Assembly: GCF_009914755.1 (NCBI RefSeq)
Contig: NC_060941.1
DNA: 64,000 bases
Origin: the human T2T-CHM13v2.0 reference genome, Homo sapiens
Reading direction: 5' to 3' (one strand)
The notes beneath the pieces were generated by a model. That model saw nothing but the letters and a program-made list of their open reading frames with translations. It was not told the origin of the DNA and ran no database searches. A program made the position numbers and the translations under genes. Below are positions 11,905 to 24,763 of the stretch, in pieces; position 1 is the stretch's first letter; every line of letters starts with the position of its first letter.

Positions 11905-14900
11905 TTTTTAATTTTTTTATTTTGTGGGTAGATAGGAGGTGTATATATTTATGGGGTACATGAGATATGTTGATACAGGAATTCAATTCAAAATAATCAC
12001 ATCAGGGTAAGTCGAGTATCCATCACCTCAAACATTTAAACTTTATTTGTGTTATGAACAATCCAATTATACACTTTTAGCTACTATAAAATGTACAATA
12101 AATTATTGTTGACTGTAATCACACTATTGTACTATGGAATTCTAGATCTTACTCATTCTAACTATATTTTGTTACCCATTAGCCATCCTCAATTTCCCCC
12201 AGCCTCTGGTGACCACTATTCTACACTCTATCTCCATGAGTTTGTTTTAATTTTTAGGTCATATGAATAAGTGAGAAAATGCAAACTTTGTCTTTCAGTG
12301 CCTGGCTTATTTCACTTAATATAACGTTCCCCAGTTCCATCCATGTAGTTGAAAATGGCAGAATCTCATTCTTTTCTACGACTCCCCAGTACTCCATTAT
12401 GTATATGCATCGCATTGTCTTTATCCATTTGTCTGGATGGACACAGGTTGTTTCCAATTCTTGAATATTGTGAATAGTGATGAAACAAACATGTGACTGC
12501 CAGTATCTCTTTGATATACTGATTTCCTATCTTTGGATACATATCTAGCAGTGGGATTGCTGGATCCCACTGCTAGATATATATCCAGGTAGTTCTCTTC
12601 TTGCTTTTTTGAGGAAACTCCAAACCCTCCCAACTGTTCTTCATAGCAGTTGTACTAATTTTTTGTCAGATGGAAAGTTTGCAAATATTTTCTACCATTC
12701 TCTAGGTTGTCTCTTCACTTTGTTGATTTTTTTTCTGTGCAGAAACTTTTTAATTTGATGTGATCCCATTTATCCACTTCTGTGTTAGTAGCCTGTTTGT
12801 GGGATATTACTCAAGAAATCTTTGTCTAGATCTATCTTTGCTGGGGAGAGTTTCCCCAATACTTTATTTCAGTAGTTTCATTGTTTGGGGTCTTAGATTT
12901 AAGTGTTTAATCCAACTTGATTTGGTTTTATATAGCAACATATATGCATCTAGTTAGTTTCATTCTTCTGCATATGGATATCTAGTTTTCCCAGCACCAT
13001 TTACTGAAGAGAGTGTCCTTTCCCCAATGTATATTCATGTCACCTTTATCAAAAATGAGTTTATTGTAGATGTATAATTTCCAGATTCTCTAATCTGTTC
13101 CATTGGTCTATATGCCTATTTTTATGCCAGTGCCATGCTGTTTTGGTTACTATAGCTCTGTAGCATAATTTGAAGTCAGGTAATGTGATGCCTCCAGCTT
13201 TATTCTTTTTGCTCAGGATAGCTTTGTCTATTCTGGATCCTTTGTGGTTCCATATAAATTATAAGATTGTTTTTACTATTTCTGTGAAGAATGTGATTAG
13301 TATTTTGATTGGGATTGCACTGAATCTGTAGATTGCTTTGAGTAGTATAGATATTTTAACAATATTGATTCTTCTAACCCATGAATGCATAGATTGTCTT
13401 TCAATTCTTTCTTGTCCTTTTCTATTTCTTTCATCAGTGTTTTATACTTTTCATAATAGAGATCTTACACACTTATTTGGTTTAGTTAATTCCTAGGTAT
13501 TTAATTTTTGTGTGGCTATTGTAAATGAGATTACATTTTACATTTCTTCTTCTCATCATTCACTGTTGGCATATAGAAATGCTATTGATTTTTGTATGTC
13601 AATTTTGTATCCTTCAACTTTACTGAATTTGTTTATTAGTTCTAATAGTTTTCTTGTGGAGACTCCAAAAGAAAATTATTAGAACTAATAAACAAATTTA
13701 GTGGAGTCAACTATATTGTGGAATCAAATATAAAGTCATATTATCTGCAAACAAGAATAATTGGACTTCTTTCATTCCAGTTTGAATGCCCTTTATTTCT
13801 TTCTCTTGTCTAATTGCTTCAGCTAGGACATCCAGTATTATGATAAATAACAGTGGTGAAAGCAGGTATTCTTGTCTTCTTCCAGATGTTAGCAGAAAGC
13901 CTATCAGTTATTTCCTGTTAAATGTGATACTAGCTATGGGTCTGTCATATGTTTTTATAGTGTTGATGTATGTTCCCTCTATACAGAGTTTTTTTAGGGC
14001 TTTTTTTTTAATCATAAAGGAATGTTGAATTTTATCAAATAGTTTTTCAGCATCAGTTGAAACAATCATGTTTTTTTGTTCTTCATTCTGTTGATACGAT
14101 ATGAAATGAGTTTGGAAGTATCCCCTCCTCCTTTATGTTTTGGAAAAATTTGAGTAATATTGGTATTGGTTCTTCTTTAAATGCTTGGTAGAATCCAGTA
14201 GTGAAGCCAACAGGTCCTAGGCTTTTCTTTTCCTGGAGACTTTTTATTACGGCTGTCATCTCATTATTCATTATTGGTCTGTCTGGGTTTTGAATTTAAT
14301 TGTTCAGTCTTCGTAAGTCATATGTGTCTAGAAATTTACCTATCTATTCAAAGTTTTGCAGTTTATTGGCATATAGTTGTACGTAGTTGCCTCTAATGGT
14401 CGCTTAAATTTATCTGGTGTCAGTTGTAATGTCTCCTGTTTTATTTCTGATGTTATTTATTTGAGTCTTCTCTCTTTATTTCTTAGTTAGCCTGGTTAAA
14501 GGATTGTCAATTTTGTTTATCTTCTCAAAAACCCAAGTTTTTCTTTTGTTGACATTTTGTAATTTTTTTATTTCCATTTCATTTATTTCTGCTCTGACCA
14601 TTATTATTTCTTTTCTTCCATAAACTTAGGGTTTGGTTTCCTCTTACTTTTCCAGTGTTTTAAGGTGCATTGTCAGGCTGTTCATTTAAAGTTTTTCTAA
14701 TTTTTTGATGTAAGTGTTTATTGCTATAAATTTTCCTGTTGGTACTACTTTTGCTGTATCCCACAAATGTTGGTATACTGTGTTTCCATTTTTATTGTTT
14801 CAAAAAAATTTTAAATTCTCATCTTAATTTCTTCATTGACCCATTGGTCATTCAGAAGTATATTGTGTAGTTTCCAGGTGTTTGTATAGTTTCCAACATT

Positions 14901-16347
14901 TGTCTCGTTATTGAGTTCTAGTTTTATTTCATTGTTGTCAAAGAAGATATTTAATATAATTCCAATTTTCTTGAATATTTTAAGACTTGTTTTTTGGCCT
15001 AATGCATAGTTTACCCTTATGAGAGATCCATGTGCTGAGGAGAAGGATGCATACTCTGCAGCTGTTGGATGAAATGTTCTACAGTGCAGATTAAGTCTGA
15101 TGTTTCTTTGTTGATTTTCTGTTTCAATGATCTTTCTAACGCTAAAAGTGGGATGATTAAGTCTTCAGCTCTTATTGTATTGGAGTTGTTCTCTCTCTTT
15201 AGCTCTAATATTTGCTTTATATGTCTGAATGCTCCAGTGTTGGGTGCATATATTTACAATGGTTATATCTTCTTGCTGAATTGTCTTCTTTATATAATGA
15301 TCTTGTCTTTTTTTAAATAGTTTTTGTCTTGAAATCTATTTTGTCTGATAGAAATATAGATACATCTGCTCTTTTTTGGTTTCCATTGGCATAGGATATC
15401 TTTTTCCATTTCTCTTAATTTTCAATCTATGTTTATCTTTATAGGTGAAGTGTGTTTCTTACAGGGAACAGACCACTGGGTCTTGTGTTTTTTATCCATT
15501 CAGCCACTCTATGTCTTTTGATTGGAGATATTAGGCCACTTATTTTCAATGTTATTAATGATAAGTATAAACACTCTCCTGTAATTTTTGTTATTTTCTT
15601 TCTGGTTGTTTTGTTGCCTTCTTTTCCTTCTTTCGTTCCTCCTTCCATCTTCCTTTTAGTGAAGGTGATTTTCTCTAGTGCCATGTTTTAATTTCTCACT
15701 TTTGTTTTTTTTTGTGTGTGTATCTGTTGTGTGTTTTTTTATTTCAGATTACCATGAGGCTTACAAATAATATAACCCACTATTTTAAGCTGATGACAAC
15801 TTAACACTGATTGCAAAAATAAACTATTAGTAACTAAGAGATAGCTTATAAAACTCTACACTTTTTATCCATCGTTTTTAACTTCTTGTTGTTTCTATTT
15901 GTACCTTGTTATACTGTCTATGCCTTGAAAAGTTGTTGTAGTTATTATTTCTGACCAACTCATCTTTTAGTCTTTCTACCCAGAATATAAGTAGTTTGCA
16001 TACCATTATTGCACTGTTATAATATTGTTTTTCTGTGTACTGTTACCAGTGAGTTTTGTACCTTCAAATGATTTCTTATTGCTCATTATCACTCTTTCCT
16101 TTCTGATTAAAGAAGTCTCTTTTGCATTTCTTGAAGGACAAGTCTTGTGTGATGAAATCCCCCAACTTGTTTGTCAAGGAAAGTATTCCTCCTTCATGTT
16201 TGAAGGATGTTTAAATTGGATATACTATTCTAAGATAAAAGCTTTTTATTTCCTTCAGCACTTTAAGTATGTCATGCCACCCTCTCCTGGCCTATAAAGA
16301 TTCCACTGAGAATTCTGCCAGATGTTTTGGAATGCCCTTCCATGTTA

Positions 16348-16350
<3 letters not shown>

Positions 16351-16394
<44 letters not shown>
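16351..16394. repeat. (GT)22 microsatellite
   Basis: Perfect dinucleotide run. Confidence 0.97.
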
Positions 16395-16396
<2 letters not shown>

Positions 16397-16406
16397 CTTG
16401 CTGCTT

Positions 16407-16668
16407 CTGTCGCCCAGGCTGGAGTGCAGTGGCTTGACCTCGGCTCACTGCAAGCTCCACCTCCCAGGTTCACACCATTCTGCCTCAGCCTCCTGAGTAG
16501 CTAGGACTATAGGTGTCCACCACCATGCCCGGCTAATGTTTTGTATTTTTAGTAGAGATGGGGTTTCACCATGTTAGCCAGGATGGTCTCGATCTCCTGA
16601 CCTCGTGATCCACCCGCCTTAGCCTCCTAAAGTGCTGGGATTACAGGCGTGAGCCACTGTGCCCGGCC
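16407..16668 (-). mobile_element. Alu, AluY-like, lacking 3' end and poly(A)
   Basis: Antisense Alu with TGCAAGCTCC, TTAGCCAGGATGGTCTCGATCTCCTGACCTCGTGATCC; ends GCCCGGCC. Confidence 0.92.
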
Positions 16669-18594
16669 AAGGGGAGTTTGATTATTAACTATCTTGAAGT
16701 AGTCTTATTTGGGTTAAATCTTCATGGTGTTCTATAACCTTCTTGTACTTGCATATGTATATCTTTCTCTAGGTTTGGGAAGTCGTTTTAATATCCCTTT
16801 GAATAAATTTTCTACCCTGGTCTCTCTGTCTCTCCTTCCTCTTCAAGGCCAATATTGCTTAGGTTTGCCATTTTGAGGCTATTTTCCTAACTCTTGTAGG
16901 CATACTTTATTCTTTTATGTTCTCTTTTCTTTTGTTCTCTCTTACTGTGCATTTTCAAATAGATTGTCTTCAAGCTCACTAATTATTTCTACCACTTCAT
17001 CAATTCTTGTTAAGAGATTTTGATGCATTTTTCAGTATGTCAATTGCATTTTTAATCTCTGGAATTTCTGCTTGATTCTTTTTAATAACGCCAATCTCTT
17101 TAATTTATCTAATATGATGCTGAATTTCTTCTCTATGTTACCTTGAATTTCTTTAGTTTCCTCAAAACAACTATCTTGAATTCTCTGTTTGGAAGGTCAC
17201 ACATCTGTATCTCTATGGGACTAGTCACTAGTGCCTTATTTAATTTGTTTGTTTAGGTTATGCTTTTCTGGATGACTCTGATGCTTGTGGATGTTTTTCA
17301 GTGCTAGGCATTAAAGAATTATGTATTACTTGTAGTCGTCACAGTCTGGGCTTGTTTGTATCCACCCTTCTTGGCAAGGATTTCCAAAAAACTTGAAGGT
17401 ACTTTGGTTTTGTGATTTAAGTCTTTAGACACAGCAGCTGTATCTGTATTAGGGCACAACACAAGCCCATGAACAACTATGGCTCTTGTGGACTCTTATA
17501 GGTACTGCCTAGGTGATCTCAGGTAAGATCTGGGATAATTCTTTGGATTATCAGGCAAAGACTCTTCTTCTCTTCCCTTACTTTGTCCCAGACAAAAGGA
17601 GTCTCTGTCTCTGTGCTGAACTTCCAGGAGCTAGGGCTAGGGGTGACACAAGTACCTCTATGGTCACCACCACCAGGACTGTGCTGGGTCATACCTGATG
17701 CAAGCACAGCACTGGGTCTCACCCAAGGCCCACGGTGACCACTGCCTGGCTACTGCTTCTGTTTATTCAAGGCCCAAGAGCTCTATAATCAGCAGGTGAT
17801 GAATCCAGCCACCGTTGGGTCATTCCCTTCAGGGTGAAGAGATCCCCCCAGCCTTGAGTGGGTCCTGAGATGCTGTCCAGGAGCCAGGACCTGGAGTCAG
17901 AAACCTTAGTAATCTACATGGTGTTCTATTCTATTGCAGCTGAGCTGCAACCAGGACATAAGACAAAGTCCTTCCCACTCTTCCCTCTCCTTTCCTCAAG
18001 CAGAGGAATCTCTTGCCATTGCTGCCACCACAGCATGCTTGTGAAAAGTACTGCCTGGCTATCATCCATGTTCACTCAAGGCCCAGGGACTCTTCAGTCC
18101 AATTGTGGTGAATGCTGCCATGTCTGGGTCTCTCCCTTCAGGGCACTGGGTTCCCTTCTGGCCCAGGGAAGGTCCAGAAATACCATCCAGGAGCCAAGGT
18201 CTGGAATAAGGGAACTCAGGAGCCTGCTTGGTGCTCTACTCCACTTTGGCCAAGCTGGTGCCCAAGCTACAAGACAAAGTCCCTTTCACTTTTTCCTCTC
18301 CTTTTCTCAAGTGGAAGAAGTCTCTATCCATAACCATCATAGCTGGTAATGTACTGTGTCACAGCTGAAGCCAGTAGAGCTCTGAGTTTCACCCACAGCC
18401 TACAGTAAGGGGCTGACTCCAATTGCTGATTATTCAGGGCCCCAGGGCTCTTTAGTCAGCAGGTGATAAATCTTTCCATGACTGGGACCCTTCCCTCAAG
18501 GTAGTGAGTTCCCATCTGGTTCAGGGTGTGTCTAGAAATGGAATCTGGGAGTGAGCGCCTGGAACAAGTGTCTCAAGAGCTGCCTGGTACCCTA

Positions 18595-19091
18595 TTTACA
18601 AGAGACTATGTGAGGCCTATCGTATGTATACCCCCTTTGATCCCAACAGCCCTGAGAATCAGCGCGTGATTAACATGGCTTTAGTTAGTCAAAGTGCAGA
18701 AGACATTAGAAGAAAACTACAGAAACAGGCTGGGTTTGCAGGGAGGAATACTTCACAGTTATTGGAGATAGCCAACCAGTTGTTTGTGAATAGAGATGCG
18801 GTAAGCCACAGAGAGAACCGCAGAGAGAGCGAACGCCAAGCCTGGCAAAACACTGACCTACTAGCCACAGCTATTAGAGGGGTCTCCCCAAAGGGGCAAG
18901 AGAAGGGGGGGGCCCAGGAAAAATACCCAGTCTGGCCATCCAGGCTTGCAGCATAACCAGTGTGCTTACTGTAATAGGACATTGGAAGGACAAGTGCCCC
19001 AGTTAAAAGGAAAACAAGCTGACTCTGAGCAGGAGGCCTCAGACAAGGACGAAAGGGCCTTGTTCAATGTGGCAGAAGAGTTACTGAATGA
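18595..19091 (+). pseudogene. gag: HERV-E gag 3' remnant (capsid C-terminus, nucleocapsid)
   Basis: ORF 18624-18956 YTPFDP...SQSAEDIRRKLQK; NQCAYC knuckle start. Confidence 0.85.
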
Positions 19092-22000
19092 AGGGGACTG
19101 GGCTCATATGCCCCCAAAGAGCACATGGTCAGGATGACAGTCGGGGGCAAGGACATTGAGTTTCTTGTCAATACTGGTGCTGAACGTTCATTAGTAACCA
19201 CCCCGGTCGCCCCCTTATCCAAAAAGACTATTGATATAATCGGAGCCACAGGGATTTCCGCAAAGCAAGCTTTCTGTTTGCCCTGGACCTGCACTATTAG
19301 GGGGCATGAAGTAATTCACCAGTTCCTGTACATGCCTGACTGCCCCTTGCCTTTACTGGGAAGGGAACTACTTAGCAAGCTGAGAGTCACTATCTCTTTT
19401 ACAAAGCACGGCTCTTTACAGCTAAAGTTTCCTGGAACAGGAGTCATCATGGCCCTTACGGTTCTTCGGGAAGAGGAATGGAGACTCTTCTAACTGAGCC
19501 AGGCTAAGTGGTGGCCAAGGGTGTGGGTGGAAGACAATCCTCCAGGGTTGGCAATCAACCAGGACCCATACCAATAGAAGTTAAGCCTGGGGCCCAGCTG
19601 GTCAGGCAAAAGCAGTACCTGGTCCTCAGAGAAGCCCTTGAGGGCATCCAGGTCCATCTCAAGCGCCTGAGGGCCTTTGGAATTATAGTCCCTTGTCAGT
19701 CTCCAGGGAACACTCCCCTCCTACCTGTTCCCAAGACGGGTACCAAGGACTACAGTCAGATACACGATTTGCACATGGTCAACCAAGCTATAGTGACTTT
19801 GCATCCAACGGTACCTAATCCGTATACATTGTTGGGGTTGCTGCCAGCTGAGGATAGCTTGTTCACCCACCTGGACCTGAAGGATGCTTTCTTTAGAATT
19901 AGACTAGCTCCTGAGAGCCAGAAACTGGTTGCCTTTCAGTGGGAGGATCTGGGGTCAGGTGTCACCACTCAGTACACTTGGATCTGTCTCCCCCAAGGGT
20001 TCAAGAACTCCCCCACCATCTTTGGGGAGGCACTGGCTCCAGGCCTCCAGAAGTTTCCTGCCAGAGACCTAGGCTGTGTGCTGCTCCAGTAAGTCGATGA
20101 CCTCCTGCTGGGACACCCCATGGCAGTCGGGTGCACCAAGGGAACAGATATCCTGCTCTGACACCTGGAGGACTGTGGGTATAAGGTGTCCAAGAAGAAA
20201 GCTCAGATCAGCAGACAGCAAGTATGTAATCCGGGATTTACTATTCGACAGGGAGAGTGCAGCCTGGGATCAGAAAGCAAGCAAGTCATCTGCAACCTGC
20301 CGGAGCCTAAGACCAGAATGCAGGTGAAAGAATTCTTAGGAGCTGTAGGGTTCTGCAGGTTGTGGATCCCAAACTTTGCAGTATTGGCTAAGCCCCTGTA
20401 TGGAGTCACAAAGCGGGGAGACAAGTAACCTTTCAAATGAGGGTCCCAACAGCAACGAGCTTTTCATGAGTTAAAAGAAAAACTCATGTCAGCCTCAGTC
20501 CTGGGGTTACCTGATCTGACAAAACCTTTTATGCTATATGTGTCAGAGAGAGAAAAATTGGCGTTTGGAGTTTTGACCCAGACTGTGGGGTCCTGGCCAA
20601 GGCCGGTGGCCTACCTCTCTAAACAACTAGACAGGGTTTCTAAGGGTTGGCCCCCATGTTTGAGGGCCTTGGCAGCAACAGCCCTGCTAGCACAAGAAGT
20701 GGATAAGCTAACTCTTGGGCAAAACATAAACATAAAGGCCCCCCGTGCTGTGGTGACTTTAATGAGTACCAAAGGACATCATTGGCTAACAAATGCTAGA
20801 CTAACTAGGTACCAAAGCTTGCTCTGTGAGAATCCCTGCATAACCACTGAAGTTTGCAACATCCTGAACCCCACCATCTTGCTCCTGATATCAGAGAGCC
20901 CAGTTGAACATAACCGTGTAGAGGTGTTGGACTCAGTTTATTCTAGCAGGCCAGACCTCCGAGACCATCCTCAGACATCGGTAGACTGGGAGCTGTACAT
21001 AGACAGAAGCAGCTTTATCAACCTACAAGGAGAGAGGTGTGTGGGATATGCGGTGGTAACTCTGGACGCTGTCATTGAAGCCAAATCGTTGCCCCAGGGC
21101 ACTTCAGCCCAGAAGGCCGATCTCATTGCTCTAATTCGCGCCTTAGAGTTAAGTGAAGGTAAGACTTTAAACATTTGCACTGACTCTCAGTATGCCTTTT
21201 TAACTCTCCAAGTGCATGGGGCATTATACAAGGAAAAAGGCCTGTTGAACTCTGGGGAAAAAGACATAAAGTATCAGCAAGAGATCCTGCAATTATTAGA
21301 GGCAGTGTGGAAGCCCCAAAAGGTGGCAGTCATGCACTGCAGAGGACACCAGCGAGCTTCCACCTCCATTGCTTTGAGGAACGCCCGAGCTGACTCAGAG
21401 GCTCAAAAAGCAGCATCCACCCACTACCAGGCATCAGTCACAGCCCCACTGCTCCCTCAGGCACCTGACCTTGTACCTACTTATTCTGAAGAAGAGAAGG
21501 ACTTTCTCCAGGCAGAGGGAGGGCAGGTGATAGAAGAGGGATGGATCTGGCTTTGGACAGAAGAATAGCCGTGCCACAACTGCTAGGAGCCACAGTCATA
21601 CTGGCTGTGCATGAGACCACCCACCTAGGCCAAGAGTCACTTGAAAAGTTGTTAGGCCGGTACTTCTACATCTCACATCTGTCAGCCCTTGCCAAAACAG
21701 TGGCATAGCAGTGTGTCACCTGCCGGCAGCACAATGCTAGGTAAAGTCCAACCGTCCCGCCCAGCATACAAGCTTATGGAGCAACTTCTTTGAAGGTCTC
21801 CAAGTAGACTTCACCGAGACACCCAAATGTGGTGGTAACAAGTATTTGCTAGTTCTAGTGTGTACATACTCTGGGTGGGTGTAGGCCTACCCAACAGGAA
21901 CTGAGAAAGCTCGTGAAGTAACCCGTGTGCTTCTCCGAGATCTCATCCCTAGGTTTGGACTGCCCTTAAGAATCAGCTTGGACAACAGGCCGTCGTTTGT

Positions 22001-22668
22001 GGCTGACTTGGTACAGAAGACAGCAAAGGTATTGGGGATCACATGGAAACTACATACCGCCTACTGACCACAAAGTTCCAGAAAGGTGGAGCAGATGAAC
22101 TGGACTATCAAAAATAGTTTAGGGAAAGTGTGTCAAGAAACAGTATTAAAGTGGGTAGAAGCTCTCCCTATGATATTGTTTAAGATTAGATGTACCCCTT
22201 CTAAAAGAATAGGATATTCCCCTTATGAAATATTGTATCATAGGCCCCCTCCCATACTACGGGACTCCCAGGAACTCCTAGAAAGCAAGGTGAAATTGAG
22301 TTACAGCGACAGCTACAGGCTTTAGGGAAAATTACACAATTTCAGCCTGGGTAAATGAGAGGTGCCCTGTCAGCTTATTCTCCCCAGTTCACCCTTTCTC
22401 CTCAGGTGATCAGGTGTGGATCAAGGATTGGAACATAGCGCCCTTCTGGCCACGGTGGAAAGGACCTCAGACCATCGTCTTGACCACTCCCACAGCTGTA
22501 AAGGTAGAGGGAATCCCAGCCTGGATCCACTGCAGCCACGTGATACCTGCAGCACCTGAGACCTGGGAGGCGAGACCAAGCCCAGACAACCCCTGCAAAG
22601 TGACTCTGAAGAATATGACAGGCCCTGCTCCAGTCACACCGGAAGCTGACTGGTCCACCCACGGCTGA
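19092..22668 (+). pseudogene. pol: HERV-E pro-pol, disrupted
   Basis: FLVNTGA (protease DTG changed to NTG), LDLKDAFF, LPQGFKNSP, Q*VDDLLL, a 360-aa tether/RNase H ORF at 20486-21568, and WKGPQT integrase C-terminus. Confidence 0.93.
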
Positions 22669-22671
22669 AGC

Positions 22672-24738
22672 ATGAGGAAACTCATTGTGGGACTCATTTT
22701 CCTTAAATTTTGGACTTGTACAGTAAAGACTTCAACTGACCTTCCTCAGACTGAGGACTGTTCCCAGTGCATACATCAAGTCACTGAGGTAGGACAAAAG
22801 ATTGCTTCAGTCCTATTATTTTATAGTTAAAAGTGTACCGGGACCCTAGAAGGAGCTTGTTTGTATAATGCTACTCTATACAAGGTATGTAGCCCAGGAA
22901 GTGACCAGCCTGATGTGTGCTATAATCCATCTGAGCCCCCATGACTACCATTTTTGAAATAAGATGGAGGACTGGCAGCTGGGGAAAAAGCTGATATGAG
23001 TAAAGTAGTAACTAGAACAGAAGAGAAAAGAGTCCCCTAACAAATTATCTTAAAATTTGACACTTGTGCGGCAATCAACAGTGACCCGTACGGAAATAGA
23101 ATAAGATGTAGCTCTCTAGATTGGGAAAAGAGCTGTATAGTAGAAAATAAGCATGTTTGTCATGAATTAGGACTGTGTAGTGATGAATGTATTTACTGGT
23201 CCTGTGTCATTTAGGCCACCTGGAAAAAGATAAGAAGGACCCTGACTGACTTCAAAAAGGAAAGAGTAACTCTTCCTGCACTAGTGGTCACTGTAACTCA
23301 TTAGAATTATACCAATCCCCTTGATCCCCACTGGAAAACAGGAGAGTATGTAACTCTAGGAATCAATGGAGCTGGACTGGATCCCTGAGTAAATATTTAG
23401 TCCAAGGGGAGGTGCTCTCCCAAACCAGTGTTTCAGTTTCAGACCTTTTATGATGAGCTGAATCTGCCAGCACAAAAGCTCCCACAAAAAAAAAAAAAAA
23501 AAAAAAAAAAAAGACCAAGAACTTGTTTCTCCAGTTAGCAGAAAATGTACCTCATTCCCTCAATGTTACTTCTGGTTATGTATGTGAGGGAACCACTATG
23601 GGAGACTGATGGTCTTGGGAAGCCTGAATTGGTGCCTACTGATCCAGTTCCTGACATAATTCCAGTCCAGAAGGCCCAAACTAGCAACTTCTGGGTCTTG
23701 AAAACCTCAATTATTAGACAATACTACATAGCTAGAGAAGGAAAAGACTTCACCATCCCTGTAGGAAGGCTCAATTGTCTAGGATAGAAGCTGTATAACA
23801 GCACAACAGGAACAGTCAACTGGTGGGGTCTAAACCACAGTGATAAGAATACCTTCAGTAAATTTCCTAAATTACAGACTGCTCAGGCCCATCCAGAATC
23901 TCACCAAGACTGGACGGCTCCCTCTGGACTATACTGGATATGTAGGCACAGAGCCTACACTCAGTTACCTGATCAATGGGCAGGTAGTTGTGTCATTGGC
24001 ACCATTAAGCCAACCTTTTTCCTACTGCCCATAAAAGCAGGTGAGCTCTTAGATTTCCCTGTCTATGCCTCCTGAGAAAAGAGGAGCAGAGCTATAGGAA
24101 ATTGGAAAGATGATGCGTGCCCCAACCCCCCGAAAGGATCATACAGTACTATAGGCCTGCAATATGAGCACAAGATGGCTCGTGGGGATACCGATCCCCC
24201 ATCTACATGCTCAACTGGATCATACAGGTTATCTTAGAAATAATCACTAATGAAACTGGCAGAGCTTTGACTCTTTTAGCCCAGCAGGAAACCCAAAGAG
24301 AAATGCTATCTATCAGCATAGATTGGCCTTAGACTATCTGCTGGCAGCTGAAGGAGGAGTCTATGAAAATTCAACTTGACCAATTGCTGTCTGCAAATAG
24401 ATGATCAAGGACAAGTAGTCAAATATATAGTTAGAGACATGACAATGCTGGCACATGTGCCCATGCAGGTTTGGCATAGGTTTGATCCTGGATCCCTGTT
24501 TTGAAAGTGGTTTCCAGCTCCAGGAGGATTTAAAACTCTTATTATAGGAATAATAATAGTGTTAGGAATCTTCGTGTTACTCCCCTGAATGTTACCTGTA
24601 TTTCTCCAGTTGCTAAGAGGCTTCGTTACCAATTTAGTTCATCAAAAGACCTCAGCACAAGTATATTACATGACTCACTATCGATCCATCTCACAGGAAG
24701 ACCTGGGTAGTGAGGATAAGAGTGAGAACTCCTACTAG
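22672..24738 (+). pseudogene. env: HERV-E env, disrupted
   Basis: ATG at 22672 (MRKLIVGLIFL signal-like), IGNWKDD after the furin site, [15 protein letters not shown] immunosuppressive-like motif, hydrophobic TM segment. Confidence 0.88.
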
Positions 24739-24763
24739 TGAGTGAGGTTCTCAAAGTGGGGAA

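Larger units (their letters stand above)
11905..18594 (-). mobile_element. Near full-length old L1 (L1MA1-3-like 3' end, L1M-type 5' UTR), defective
   Basis: Continuous antisense 3' UTR, ORF2 (KKSLGPVGFTTGFYQAFKEE; LSLITLKISGLISPIKRHRVAEW endonuclease start), ORF1 region, and a GC-richer 5' UTR at about 17.4-18.6 kb. Confidence 0.88.
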
